A stretch of DNA of 64,000 bases, taken from positions 1,034,335 to 1,098,334 of the forward strand of contig NMRA01000039.1 in the NCBI GenBank assembly GCA_002633005.1, given 5' to 3'. Below the pieces are notes generated by a model. It was not told where the DNA came from, made no database searches, and saw only the letters and a list, made by a program, of their open reading frames with translations. Every line of letters begins with the position of its first letter. The stretch's first letter is position 1. Source of the DNA: Phoronis australis (Eukaryota; Animalia; Phoronida). Shown in pieces: positions 39,501-49,300 of this stretch. A program made the translations under genes and the position numbers.

Positions 39501-41252
39501 TACTGACTAGGTGATTCTAATGAAGGGAAGGGCACTCTTTTTGTTGTTTGAATAGATTAAGAATGGGCGACTCCATACTCACTAAGTGATTCTAATGAAG
39601 GGGAGGGCACTCTTTTGGTGTTTGAATAGATTAAAAATGGAAAGCAGTTCATCAGCAGGTGAACGTTCGTGGGATAAGAGTTCTAACGGGATTACTTTAA
39701 TGCATGCAGTTCTAGGAGCAAGACTCTGGTTTTTAACGCCACCTAGTGAATTTTGAGTTCACCATTTTTAAAGATTAAAATCTCAACACGTGTTGTGGTC
39801 AGGGCCTAAAACCATGCGACTTGACTCCTGGTAAATTGGCCGTTTTTTTACACGCTTGAGTGCGCTTCTGAATTACACGCAATGGAGTTGATCCATAATG
39901 GAGTCGCGTGCTGAGAGAAGCTTGATGGTCTTGACGTTGGATATGCAAATATGGCAATTCTTCACAAATTTAGACCACAATTCGACAGATGACTGAGATT
40001 TTATTTTGCCAAATTTTGCATCAAAAACAAAGATAAAGAAAATTTCAGTCCATTATTTCCATTGTGTGCTATATTGATGTCATAAAACAACATTTGGTAA
40101 AAGCTTTCGTCGTTTACATTAAGGTACTCAGTCCTTGAATTATAGGAAACCGATGATTTTGGCATTAAACTAAATTATTATGGTGCCAAATAAGTGAAGA
40201 ATTACCTAATTGTAGTGTGTGAAATCTTTATCCATCAGGTGCCTAATGTGAAATCTTTATCCATCAGGTGCCTAATGTGAAATCTTTATCCATCAGGTGC
40301 CTAATGTGAAATCTTTATCCATCAGGTGCCTAATGTGAAATCTTTATCCATCAGGTGCCTAATGTGAAATCTTTATCCATCAGGTGCCTAATGTGAAATC
40401 TTTATCCATCAGGTGCCTAATGTGAAATCTTTATCCATCAGGTGCCTAATGTGAAATCTTTATCCATCAGGTGCCTAATGTGAAATCTTTATCCATCAGG
40501 TGCCTAATGTGAAATCTTTATCCATCAGGTGCCTAATGNNNNNNNNNNNNNNNNNNNNNNNNNNNNNNNNNNNNNNNNNNNNNNNNNNNNNNNNNNNNNN
40601 NNNNNNNNNNNNNNNNNNNNNNNNNNNNNNNNNNNNNNNNNNNNNNNNNNNNNNNNNNNNNNNNNNNNNNNNNNNNNNNNNNNNNNNNNNNNNNNNNNNN
40701 NNNNNNNNNNNNNNNNNNNNNNNNNNNNNNNNNNNNNNNNNNNNNNNNGGGGGGGGGGGGCGTTTTACCAAAGATTGTAAGTCTGGTCGTTGGTAAGATA
40801 ATCGTACAGAGGTTTTTGCAAAGATATCTTTTTACACAAGTAAATCGACTGCTACTGATGTACATACACAAATCAAGGCCGAGCTGAGGACTTAGAGACC
40901 TGACTGCTGGTGTAGGAGTGAGGTCCAGATACTATTATTTATTGACTGACTAAATAATTTCAGCTGTCCACGCAGAAAATAACTATGCGGTCAGTTATGT
41001 ATTGACTTCTTTGATCATTATTGGATTGACCAGACAACAGACCAACCATGACTGTGGGTTTCTCCTCATTCATTGCAGTACGAAATCGACTACAGAGAGA
41101 TGTCCCAGAGGTGGCGCCACATGTTGCCGTTAGAAATACGAACCGACGGTGATTCCATGGACCAAGTTAGAATGAAAGGACCAGACAATTATGGCCGAAG
41201 TAACTCACTCACTCGACCCCTCCCGTCGTCACGGAACTATGATCAGCTGTAA
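21394..41252 (+). CDS. CTNNAL1: Alpha-catulin (catenin alpha-like 1), multi-exon gene span; N-terminal exon not found, penultimate coding part in assembly gap
   Basis: Spliced translation carries the alpha-catulin signatures ITTLVNHKD..RVGQAVNLAVERFV, FSQFGNEMVELAHLTGDRQN, DFTDSAYTTHEHRERIL, SLPRPGKH and NMSSMAFSMYLFTRGEGPLKTTQDL. Exons have AG/GT ends with matching phases. Confidence 0.96.
21740..21950 (+). mobile_element. Fragment of a high-copy interspersed repeat family (probable DNA-transposon derivative)
   Basis: ttctccaaaac..ccacttttgcatga..ggctatcaaaa..aaagttgca motif recurs at about 14760-14990 (-), 21215-21300, 27280-27330, 45680-46010 (-), 48770-49070 (-) and 62655-62940 (+). Confidence 0.7.
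22354..22541. repeat. 37-bp minisatellite x5 (ttgttatttatccacccaaaccaatacggttgtctga)
   Basis: ccaatacgg recurs at 22371, 22408, 22445, 22482 and 22519. Confidence 0.95.
24084..24262 (+). CDS. CTNNAL1: alpha-catulin exon (GVAIQRLTD...LADRVVIKQIIASKNK), 179 nt
   Basis: ggtttcag|GA ... AAG|gtgagg; phase 1 to 0; AARQLLSAITKVLVLAD motif. Confidence 0.95.
24971..25090 (+). CDS. CTNNAL1: alpha-catulin exon (VSASLSKLE...HLTGDRQN), 120 nt
   Basis: ttttgcag|GTG ... AAT|gtgcgt. Confidence 0.95.
25536..25665 (-). mobile_element. Dispersed repeat, inverted copy of 11726-11835
   Basis: gagtttctagttc..gctacaaactcgagtaaaa..aatactggg is the reverse complement of cccaatat..tttactcgagtttgtagc..gaactagaaactc. 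Confidence 0.7.
25708..25782. repeat. 16-17-bp tandem repeat x4 (cataatatacctgagca)
   Basis: Directly visible. Confidence 0.9.
25958..26047 (+). CDS. CTNNAL1: alpha-catulin exon (DLKSDRDRARIAAARSVLEKSTMMLLTSSK), 90 nt
   Basis: tgcacag|GAC ... AAG|gtattg; translated by hand (absent from + ORF track). Confidence 0.95.
27051..27143 (+). CDS. CTNNAL1: alpha-catulin exon (TFLRHPECESARQCRD...MQMMQT), 93 nt
   Basis: ttattacag|ACG ... ACG|gtatgt; LRHP motif. Confidence 0.93.
27638..27775 (+). CDS. CTNNAL1: alpha-catulin exon (VVESDCGSSSTNGKTSPR...HRAIQEFD), 138 nt, Ser/Gly-rich linker
   Basis: tctccag|GTT ... GAT|gttagt; open, phase 0 to 0; ends in an AIxEF-like motif expected at this position. 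Confidence 0.85.
28097..28300 (+). CDS. CTNNAL1: alpha-catulin exon (DLVEMTRVTLV...DFTDSAYTTHEHRERIL...GVSM), 204 nt
   Basis: ctttaacag|GAC ... ATG|gtatgg. Confidence 0.95.
28884..28970 (+). CDS. CTNNAL1: alpha-catulin exon (NQKENTRAAQDFE...ALRKQ), 87 nt
   Basis: gtattgcag|AAC ... CAG|gtaggt. Confidence 0.92.
29287..29445 (+). CDS. CTNNAL1: alpha-catulin exon (LLDTAMDQ...FEEHSEQLQE), 159 nt
   Basis: gttgcag|CTG ... GAG|gttgga. Confidence 0.93.
30063..30155 (+). CDS. CTNNAL1: alpha-catulin exon (LAKLLHHIATTEPL...SLAPQ), 93 nt
   Basis: tttccacag|CTT ... CAG|gtaagg; translated by hand. Confidence 0.93.
31371..31556 (+). CDS. CTNNAL1: alpha-catulin exon (VIFAAKTLALNPASKIAKETLDVF...YSSLPRPG), 186 nt
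   Basis: ccttgtag|GTG ... GGG|gtaggt. Confidence 0.95.
34405..35826 (+). mobile_element. Helentron-associated interspersed element (HINE/DINE-1-like) with internal satellite array
   Basis: 5' T-run, then subTIR atgtgcccaca with hairpin, (CCGT)n microsatellite, ~150-bp monomers in a ~451-bp higher-order repeat, 3' subTIR tgtgggcgtat, hairpin caacgc-tct-gcgttg and ctcttgtt end. Confidence 0.8.
36186..36624. mobile_element. MITE with ~30-bp inverted ends; second copy at about 52470-52745
   Basis: tgaaaagggacgtaagacttaagacagaaatt / aatttgtgacgtaagtcttaagtcacttttca. Confidence 0.65.
36272..36443. mobile_element. 172-bp MITE nested in the previous element
   Basis: Perfect 15-bp inverted ends TAATTGACCTATCGC / GCGATAGGTCAATTA. 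Confidence 0.75.
36869..36919 (+). CDS. CTNNAL1: alpha-catulin exon (KHGTTQKGLKPSRLDAE), 51 nt
   Basis: actttcag|AAA ... GAG|gtataa; completes the conserved SLPRPG-KH...LDxEEQAKIAK stretch. Confidence 0.92.
37392..37652 (+). CDS. CTNNAL1: alpha-catulin exon (EQAKIAKVGLEMKL...FTRGEGPLKTTQDL...KDFSSK), 261 nt
   Basis: cccttag|GAA ... AAG|gtgaag. Confidence 0.96.
39409..39640. repeat. 73-75-bp tandem repeat x3
   Basis: ttaagaatgggcgactccatact..gggcactctttttgttgtttgaatag at 39409, 39482 and 39557. Confidence 0.9.
40219..40538 (+). repeat. 29-bp perfect minisatellite x11 or more (GTGAAATCTTTATCCATCAGGTGCCTAAT) running into a gap
   Basis: Directly visible; unit contains CAG|GTG. Confidence 0.97.
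40529..40748 (+). CDS. CTNNAL1: Probable start (VPN...) of the next alpha-catulin exon, running into the N gap
   Basis: ctttatccatcag|GTG CCT AAT is phase 0. Invertebrate catulins, from memory, continue with VP after the ..FSxx helix. No other candidate exon was found between 37653 and 41078. Confidence 0.55.
41079..41252 (+). CDS. CTNNAL1: alpha-catulin terminal coding exon (YEIDYREMSQRW...SRNYDQL*)
   Basis: ctcattcattgcag|TAC; open 57 codons to TAA. A YxxDY/F start resembles the invertebrate catulin tail, and T-rich UTR-like sequence follows. Confidence 0.8.
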   Translation, partial: YEIDYREMSQRWRHMLPLEIRTDGDSMDQVRMKGPDNYGRSNSLTRPLPSSRNYDQL

Positions 41253-44200
41253 CAGAAATGGAGCAATGCTGCGCGATGTTTGGTTTTTTGTCTAGATTCT
41301 GTAGGATTTGAGCAGCTGCCTAAAATGATTGCTAAGTGATGTGGTGTTTGAATGATTCTCAAAAGTGTTCATGGCAAGTCAGACGACATTGTTACTTAGA
41401 GTGTATTTGTACTAAATCTGAAAGATTTTTTTTTTTCTAAAAATGATTTTTGCTCAAGTGTGCATTCACTTAAACTTCTCTTGTAGGCGCTGGCGGCCAT
41501 CCCTTGTAAACGTGGATGTGTTGAACTGTGTGTTTATGATATGTCTTTTCTCAATTCTTGTACTTTTCATTTGAACAATTAATGTAATACTCAGTTGAAA
41601 ATTTGACAACATCCATCCTTTGTAACGAGTAAGTCAAGCTTCACTCACAAGTTTTTCTCCCCAGCTTTACTAGACAAGTGCCCATAATTCTTAATTACGG
41701 ATACTGACTAAGTTTTACATACATGGCCTAAATACGTGCAAATATCTTTGGATTTATCTAGCTTCAGATGACAGCACTACAACTCGTTTATCCTGTTAGT
41801 TCCACAAACCATAACTTGTCTTGGTTTTCGTACTTGTTGGTGTACACTCAAGACTGACCTTGAAAGGAGTTCTCAAGGTTGTACCAAACAGTATTAGCGG
41901 ATGTTTCTGCATCATCCTAAGATAAACCCGTTTCACCGAATCCAGTCATGAATTTCTTGCCATTATTTCGTGGGTGGATTCAGGGTGTCACTGTGGGGAT
42001 CCAAGTCATCCATTATGGGGTGGGATCTGTAGATTGTTTGTAGGTTTTGACTTCATCTGACAGTCTTGAAGCTACACTCCCTTTCCACAAAATTACTTGA
42101 CCACAATTGCATGGGTTTCAATAGTCAGTTTGAATTAACAGATAACCTGCAATTAATGTGAGGGATTTCATTTACAGCGCTGCTGCTGTTTTTGGAATGT
42201 ATTGTGGGATTACTTCAAAGATAACTGGATGTGTAAGCTGAAGTTTGTGTTTTATGTGAGATTTACCAACAGCGTGATCGCATGCTGCGTGCTTTGAGAA
42301 ATTTTCAAGTGAAAGATTTGTTAACCCGTGTATTACTTCCATGCATTTTGAGGCTTTTTTCCAGTCTTTTATTTTTGTATGATGGTTATTTAGTTGTACT
42401 TGCCCCAAAAGCGTGTTACCGTGTACCTGTGCTTTCAGTTCTGGTGCTCTCAAGTGCTTCATATTGTTCACACATCACCAAGTTATCTGTGATGTCACTT
42501 GATGTTTACGAGCCAACTTCTATCCCATAATGCACTTGAACATGACAGCAGTTTGATAGACAGCATCCCCTGAAATTAAACATTTTTTACTCGAGTGCTT
42601 GAACGTTTTACATGGCAATTGATAAAAGTTATGTCGTGATACGGGAAACTTTGATTTTGCAGGGGTAAGAGAGCTAGGTTTGATTTTATTTTTTAGGCCA
42701 GCTAAAGCAAGTGAAATGCATCCGGCCGGGCTTCTTTCACAGTATTCTATATTGTATGGTGTTTGGTTGATTGTGCTAACATTCATAGTGGAACTAGATT
42801 TTGTGCATGATTATATCGTAAAGTATTGACGTTTTCACACTCTGTCATTATTTTGTTGTATTGTGCAGTTGTTTTGGTTTATCAGATTTTATTGTTAGTA
42901 ATTCTTAGAAGTTTAGTCATAACTGTTAAGGATATTTTGTTTCTTTGTGAACCTGGGTTTTGTTTGTTCACTTATCAAGTATATTATAAACATTACTATT
43001 TTGTATTTTATTTCATTTTAGCTGTTACTATTAACAGTTATATTCATGACAATTCTATTCTTTGTTTTGTGTACGCTCTTAGCCAAAGATTAGAGTCCCC
43101 TTATGTACTGCATTTTCTTGTCTAGACCTTCGTTGAAAGTGTTCATTAAACATGTATAAAATGCAGTCATTATCTAGCCTTCATAGTGTGAGGTGGCGAG
43201 TAACGGATTCGCCCAAAAATTTATCGTTTCCAGAAAATTCTCATTTCTTTTTCCCAAATCTGGTGGAGTGGCAGTTATGGTAAAAAATGCACTGCGTGGT
43301 TTTTGCCCAGTTGTGACGGAATTTAGCTGCAGGAACCTCCTGATCACATGGGAAGTTTGTGATATTCAGTACGCATCACCAACCACAAGCATGTAACTGT
43401 AACGGTGGTGAGAATAAGAAGTGGAGTGTTCTGTTGAAGTCTTTTCTGTGAGAAACTTAAAATTCACTTGGTGGCGCTAGTGCACGATCCAATCTGTGTT
43501 AAATGCGTGCAGGTAAGTGGGCGTGTGGGTTTGTTATCCTTCAAGTGCCTGCATGCCGGTGAATAGTGTTGCAGTTCTTACTGTTGTCAGATAAACCAAT
43601 TGTTTCTTCACCAGCACCACCTTGTGTATAAATCTCAAATCATTTATATGACGTTGACTGAAGTGTGGTAAAATCTTGCCAGTTTAGGCTACAATATGGC
43701 GTAATTAATAGTAGCATCAAATAAGATGCTTAATCGATTTTGATTTCTACATCAGAGCTGCCATAAGAATATTTTGTGAAATTGTGAGATAATTTTGGCT
43801 CATATTTTTGTCCGAACTTGGTGAGATTTTACGGTATGTAACTCGGTAATTTCTTTTTGTATACCTTGTACAAAGTTAGTCATATATTGAAACGTATGCA
43901 CAACTACAAATAGTAAAGCTTTAAGTGGCCAATTGTTAGAACCCATTTATGGCTCTATCTTTGAAAACGCAGTCTGGAGAGCAATTCGAAATCTTTAATA
44001 ACTCGCCTACTTTGCATTCCTAATTTTACTCGGCCATTTACAATCTAGTGTCTCAAGTGTTGCATTTTGACCTGTTCCTGTATATGACTTAAAAATACAG
44101 TTGCCACCATTTCTTTTCAATATTTATTTTTATGGATATTACTGAACTAGGCATAAGAAAAAGTGAGGTAATCGTGTAATTAAGTTGACTTGGCATTACG

Positions 44201-45039
44201 TGCTACCGTATTCAAAATACTGACTGAATTCTTCAGGAATATTGTCAGTCAGGTAAGCCAACTACCTAGTCAAACAAAGGCGCAGCAGGTTCTCTCTTAT
44301 TCTGTTGTAGTTCACTGATTTTTGTTATTCAGAGACTGAAAAGGCTCAACTTTCAATGATGGATTCAATTTCTATAGAAACAATAGTGCCCAAATTATCT
44401 TGCACTGCTTGTACATTTTTTGTTGTAACGTTAAGCAGTAATATCACACACACCCATCTCTGTTGCCTTATTCCCAAACAAAAGAAACTAAGATTAGTAG
44501 CTGTGACAACTGGCTTTTGAAATCCCAACTTGTAAACCATTTAGAAGTGAGATGTAGCGCTTAAGCTGAATCTGTCATTACAGGTTGTCTTTCTGCTGTA
44601 AGCTGACTTGTTTCACCCTCATTTTGCTTATTTATGTAACTAAAACTACTGAACCACTGATGTTACGTAATGTGAATTTTACATGTTCACTGAACCATGC
44701 GTAGTCTTGCTTGAAGGTACTCTGCTTCTTGTTAGTAAGGCCAAGGAGCCAGATTCGATTGTTATTTCAAAAAGTGATGATTATCCCACCTGTATGGAGA
44801 TGATGCATGTGCATTTTAGTAGACTTAATGATCTCAAGGTCAACAGTTGCATGAATAAGGAGCAGGGGCTCCACCTATGATCCAGAAAGACAACTAAAAA
44901 TGTAGCTTCTGATACAGTCGTGCAACCCACTTGGAATTGAAACTGCTTACAAATGAGATTATTTTGTTTTCTCATTATGATACAGTCTAGTAGGTTATAA
45001 TTATATGTATGATGTAAGATTAATTATTGGATGTGACTG

Positions 45040-45045
45040 AATAAA
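45040..45045 (+). terminator. Candidate polyadenylation signal of alpha-catulin (3' UTR about 3.8 kb)
   Basis: AATAAA at the end of a long T-rich tract, just before the strand bias flips to A-rich. Confidence 0.55.
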
Positions 45046-45076
45046 ATATATATCGTCATTTATCAAAAAGCAGTTG

Positions 45077-45082
45077 TTTATT
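45077..45082 (-). terminator. Candidate polyadenylation signal of the minus-strand coiled-coil gene
   Basis: tttatt on + equals AATAAA on -, about 1 kb downstream of the stop at 46083. Confidence 0.5.
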
Positions 45083-46082
45083 AAAATTTCTATCATCAAC
45101 AGGAAGAACGATAACAGTTAAAACATAACTATATGTTATTTATACACAGTACTGTAAAACAAAAAATGAATATTTTACAAACAGTTTCACACAACTTAAG
45201 CTAGACTAGACAGGAAAAATATTGGGAATGATCTTGTTTTAAACCTTACGACACTTTTTTCATGCTTGCTTGCCGTTTTTGCAAGTATACACATGCGAAG
45301 AATTAGGCCATACTTTCACACACAAAACCATAGACTAGAATAATCTAGAATGTAACAAGAGTTATCTGATCTATGTTTGCCTACCTGTTCTGGGCTGAAC
45401 AAAAAGTGATGGGAACACGCAGGCAAACCTGTGGGTAGTGCTCAACTTGGAATTCATGACCTAACGGCTAAAAAATTCTTAAAGGTTACATGGGACCTTT
45501 ATCGACAATTCTGCCTATGTAGTCAAATATCTACAAAACTACAGAATTTAACTTGGTAAAAGAACATACTTTTTAAAAGTAGAAAGCATGTAAAATTTTG
45601 ATTTTGACTTAATTCCAATCTGCAACCACTTCGGTTATATGATTGCGTCTTTTTAGTAAAATGAAGTAAAAACGTAAAAACGAAAGATCCATTCCTAACC
45701 AAATGACGATGTCAATAACATGATCAAATTTTGTTTGATATAAATGTCCAAGACAAAATCTCAAAGATGCTGACTCAATTTTTTAAATTGTCAGTTCGTT
45801 TTCACTTCATGCAACTTCAGTTTTCTTTACGAAAATCATAAAAGTCCTAATTTTGATAGCCTCTCATGCAAAACTGGAACATTTGAAAACCAATTCCAAA
45901 TAGCATTTTGGAGAACAGTGTACAAAGAAGCTTACTATCTGATCAGCCTTTTCTTAAATATGACATTCTAAGCTAGTGAAATTTGGTCACTGTTAAGGCC
46001 CCAACGTAGCTTTAAGAACACTGTCGAGTGAAGTGAAATCGATCATTTCCATGAAATCGTCGTCTGTGATGGGTTTGGTCTT

Positions 46083-46310
46083 TCATTCCCCCACACTGGT
46101 TTGAGGTCGAATGTACTTTAAATCTTCTTTTCTTTGCCTTTCCTCAATAATGTGGCCGGTCTCGCCTGCACTTAACTTTGCGTCCACCGTTTCTTGTTGT
46201 GTGCAAGGGGCACTGGCTCGTCGGTTCCGCGGTTTCTTAGGCTTTGAGTCGAGGGATGCTTCAACAGCTGCCACGCTGACATCGGCATTAGTTCGAGTCT
46301 TAATCAGTGC
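46083..46310 (-). CDS. coiled-coil gene terminal coding exon (ALIKTRTNADVS...IRPQTSVGE*), 228 nt
   Basis: gtcttactag|GCA; open to TGA at 46083; CACTAAC branch-like site about 30 nt upstream. Confidence 0.85.
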   Translation of the reverse strand, partial: ALIKTRTNADVSVAAVEASLDSKPKKPRNRRASAPCTQQETVDAKLSAGETGHIIEERQRKEDLKYIRPQTSVGE

Positions 46311-49300
46311 CTAGTAAGACATATTATCAACATTACGTTAGTGACCAAAACACAGTATTCCAGTGCACCTTACTGCAAGGGTTAACAGCACCTTACTGCA
46401 AGGGTTAACAGCACCTTACTGCAAGGGTTAACAGCACCTTACTGCAAGGGTTAACAGCACCTTACTGCAAGGGTTAACAGCACCTTACTGCAAGGGTTAA
46501 CAGCACCTTACTGCAAGGGTTAACAGCACCTATAACTTGAACTCACTACAGTGACACACAGAACCACATTTTAGTCATCACAAAAAACGGTCCACTTACC
46601 GTCATTCATTAACAATGCCCAAAACGCATTGAAAGAGCCTACATCTATAGAACATTTCATATTCAATGAGAATCAAAATACTCCAGGTGGCGCTAGTGGA
46701 ACAGTGGTCTTGCAAGGAAAATGCATGACTTCATGTAATCCCGTAAGTAGAACCCTTACCCCGGGTTATCACGTAGGACCCTTACCCACTGATGCCTGAA
46801 AGCTGGTAAACAGCTTGCTGTTAGCAATCTATGACAAAAGGGGAACCTTTCACCATCAGCACCAACAAAAGTGACAAAGACAATAGAGTGTGCCATTGAA
46901 ATGTGTGGGCATTAATTATTTGCATTACTTGCTGGTGATGACTAGCCTAATAAGATGGACAACTATGGCCTTGCAAGCTGTCAAGCGAGTGACGTGGCAT
47001 TGAAACTTTGAATAATAACACCTTATCTATGGCTGAATACAGCAATGGCCAAAATGTCTGAATTTTGACTATGATTCGTAGACTATGTATCTCACACACA
47101 ACTGGTAACTCCAACAAATATTTGGAGGATTTCATCTGCTACAAATCCAGCATTTCAAGTGCATTGCGGGATGGTTGCCATTTGTTAACATCTGCCTACA
47201 TCACATATAACTTAGCGACGTGAAACCTGATTCATAATTTGTGTTCAAGGTGATGAACAAGATGATAGTGAACACGCTAAAAATCTTTGGAACAAAAAAC
47301 TCGATAACCTATGAATTAATTCGATACATTTTGAGGCCCACTTTAACTTCTTTTATTCCACTTCCATGATGGTCGCTTAGTCACGTACACACCAAAACAT
47401 GTCATAGTAGACTGGTGCACTCAAATGACTGTTTTCCGTTTATAAGATGTCACCAAGTTCTCAGTGACGTCTCCAGGTGTTTATGAGCCAGCAACTGTCC
47501 CACAATGCTCTTGAAACATGAAAGAGGCACCGATACTCAACAAAACTTGTATTAGAAGAAATCCCCCAAATTGCCGAAGTCAATCCTTTACAAAGAAAAC
47601 AGACACAAAGGAGAACAGAATAGAACAGATAAGAAACAACACTGGGAAGAGATAAATTACCCGGCCAGTCAGTGGCCTTGTACTGTGTTGATTTTGATTG
47701 ACATAACCGCCTGAGCAGACGGCGTCGAATGCTCTCCAGATTGGGTGCATGATTCATGTCAAGTAGAGTACGTAGGAGAGTCAGATTGCCAGTGGGCAAG
47801 GTGTCATTGAAAGGTGGCGCTCCCACAGTTTCGCCGACAAGCACGGGTGGGAGTGACGGTCTTGCCTCCCTCGATATCATTTTCGGCTGTGGTGATAGAA
47901 CATAATGTGAACACTCGGAGAACAGTCCAGGCAGGACGGGACATGCTGGCTCTCATACTGTCTACAGTCATGACCTAATATTTTGGTCCGTTACGTGCTA
48001 GCAGGGTTTCGTTTCTCAAAAAGATCATTAGCTGTTCGTGAAAATTGGTTTTTACCTAGAATTTTCAAAATCTGTCCACGAACTGAGGTCTAAAGACTGA
48101 ACTTTGTTGAGTAAACTATTTTGAAATGCACAGCAAATAAATAACCCATCATGACAAGTCATATCAGCTAATCTAATGCAACCTGTGCTCGTACTCAGCC
48201 ATCATCACGGCAAATTTCACTTGCACACATCTGTCATGATAGGGAATTCCAGGCCATTATGTTCGACTGTTTTTGACGGGTACTACAGTATGATGCAGAT
48301 AAGAATTTACTAATATTGTGCAAAACAGACCCGGTAGAGCATGGGCTGCCTTTACACGTGACTGATCATGTGAGGAGCTAAATAGGACAGTTTGAGGGAG
48401 AAAAATTCAAGCAACAGAAGACAAGGTATAAGAACCTCTTAATGTGCACAGTGTGAAAATACTTGACAATAAGAGTGTCTGAGAGAATAAGACAAGAGAC
48501 ACAAAAACAGTAATAAGAATAATAAGGCAAGACACAAGGCTAGTCAAAAAAGCTGGATTTGACAAACAGTTAATATTCAATTTGTTAGTAAAATACCTGC
48601 ATTGCTGCTTTGGTACTAGACACTTTGTCAACACGTTTCTTATCGGACTTCGCTTGCTCATCAAATAGCTGGCCGCATTTTTTGATGTAGAGACGTCTAA
48701 GGAGTGAAATGAGATAATTTCAAAAAATGAAAAACTGAAGGCACGACTACTGGTAACTTCTCAATTCCAGTAACATTTGCCAAATTTCATTTGATATAAA
48801 AGTTCAAGGTGAAATCTCAAAAACACTCTTACAGTTTTCAAAATTATCATTTCATTTTTGTTTCATGCAATTTTGGACTTTCTTCAGGAAAATCATAAAG
48901 GACTTATCTTTTGATAACCCCTCATGCCAAAATGGAACATATTAAAAACAATCACCAAAAGCATTTTGCAGAACCGTGAAAACATATTATCTGAACGTTT
49001 CATAGGAATTTCTGAGATATGATGTTATGAAGTCAGCCAAATTTGGGCACTTCTCTAGGGCCCTACATAACCTGTAAGTGCTTTGGTTTCTTGAGCTCAA
49101 GCGATTATTCAATATAATTGAGACATGAACATCTGAGAACAAACCTAAGCTCTGTGCTTTCAACCATCAGTTCATGCATCCGACCTTTGTATTTATCGTC
49201 GACCTCTTGAACTTTCTGCTGAAAGTTCGTCTCAAAACCAACCAGTTTGATTTTCTGCAAGAAGAACCACATGTGGTTTCAGCAAATACACCTTACACAG

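Noticed and set aside
40219-40538. 29-bp direct repeats as a CRISPR array (also the 37-, 25- and 23-bp arrays)
   Set aside because: Units are contiguous with no unique spacers, there are no cas genes and the context is eukaryotic introns.
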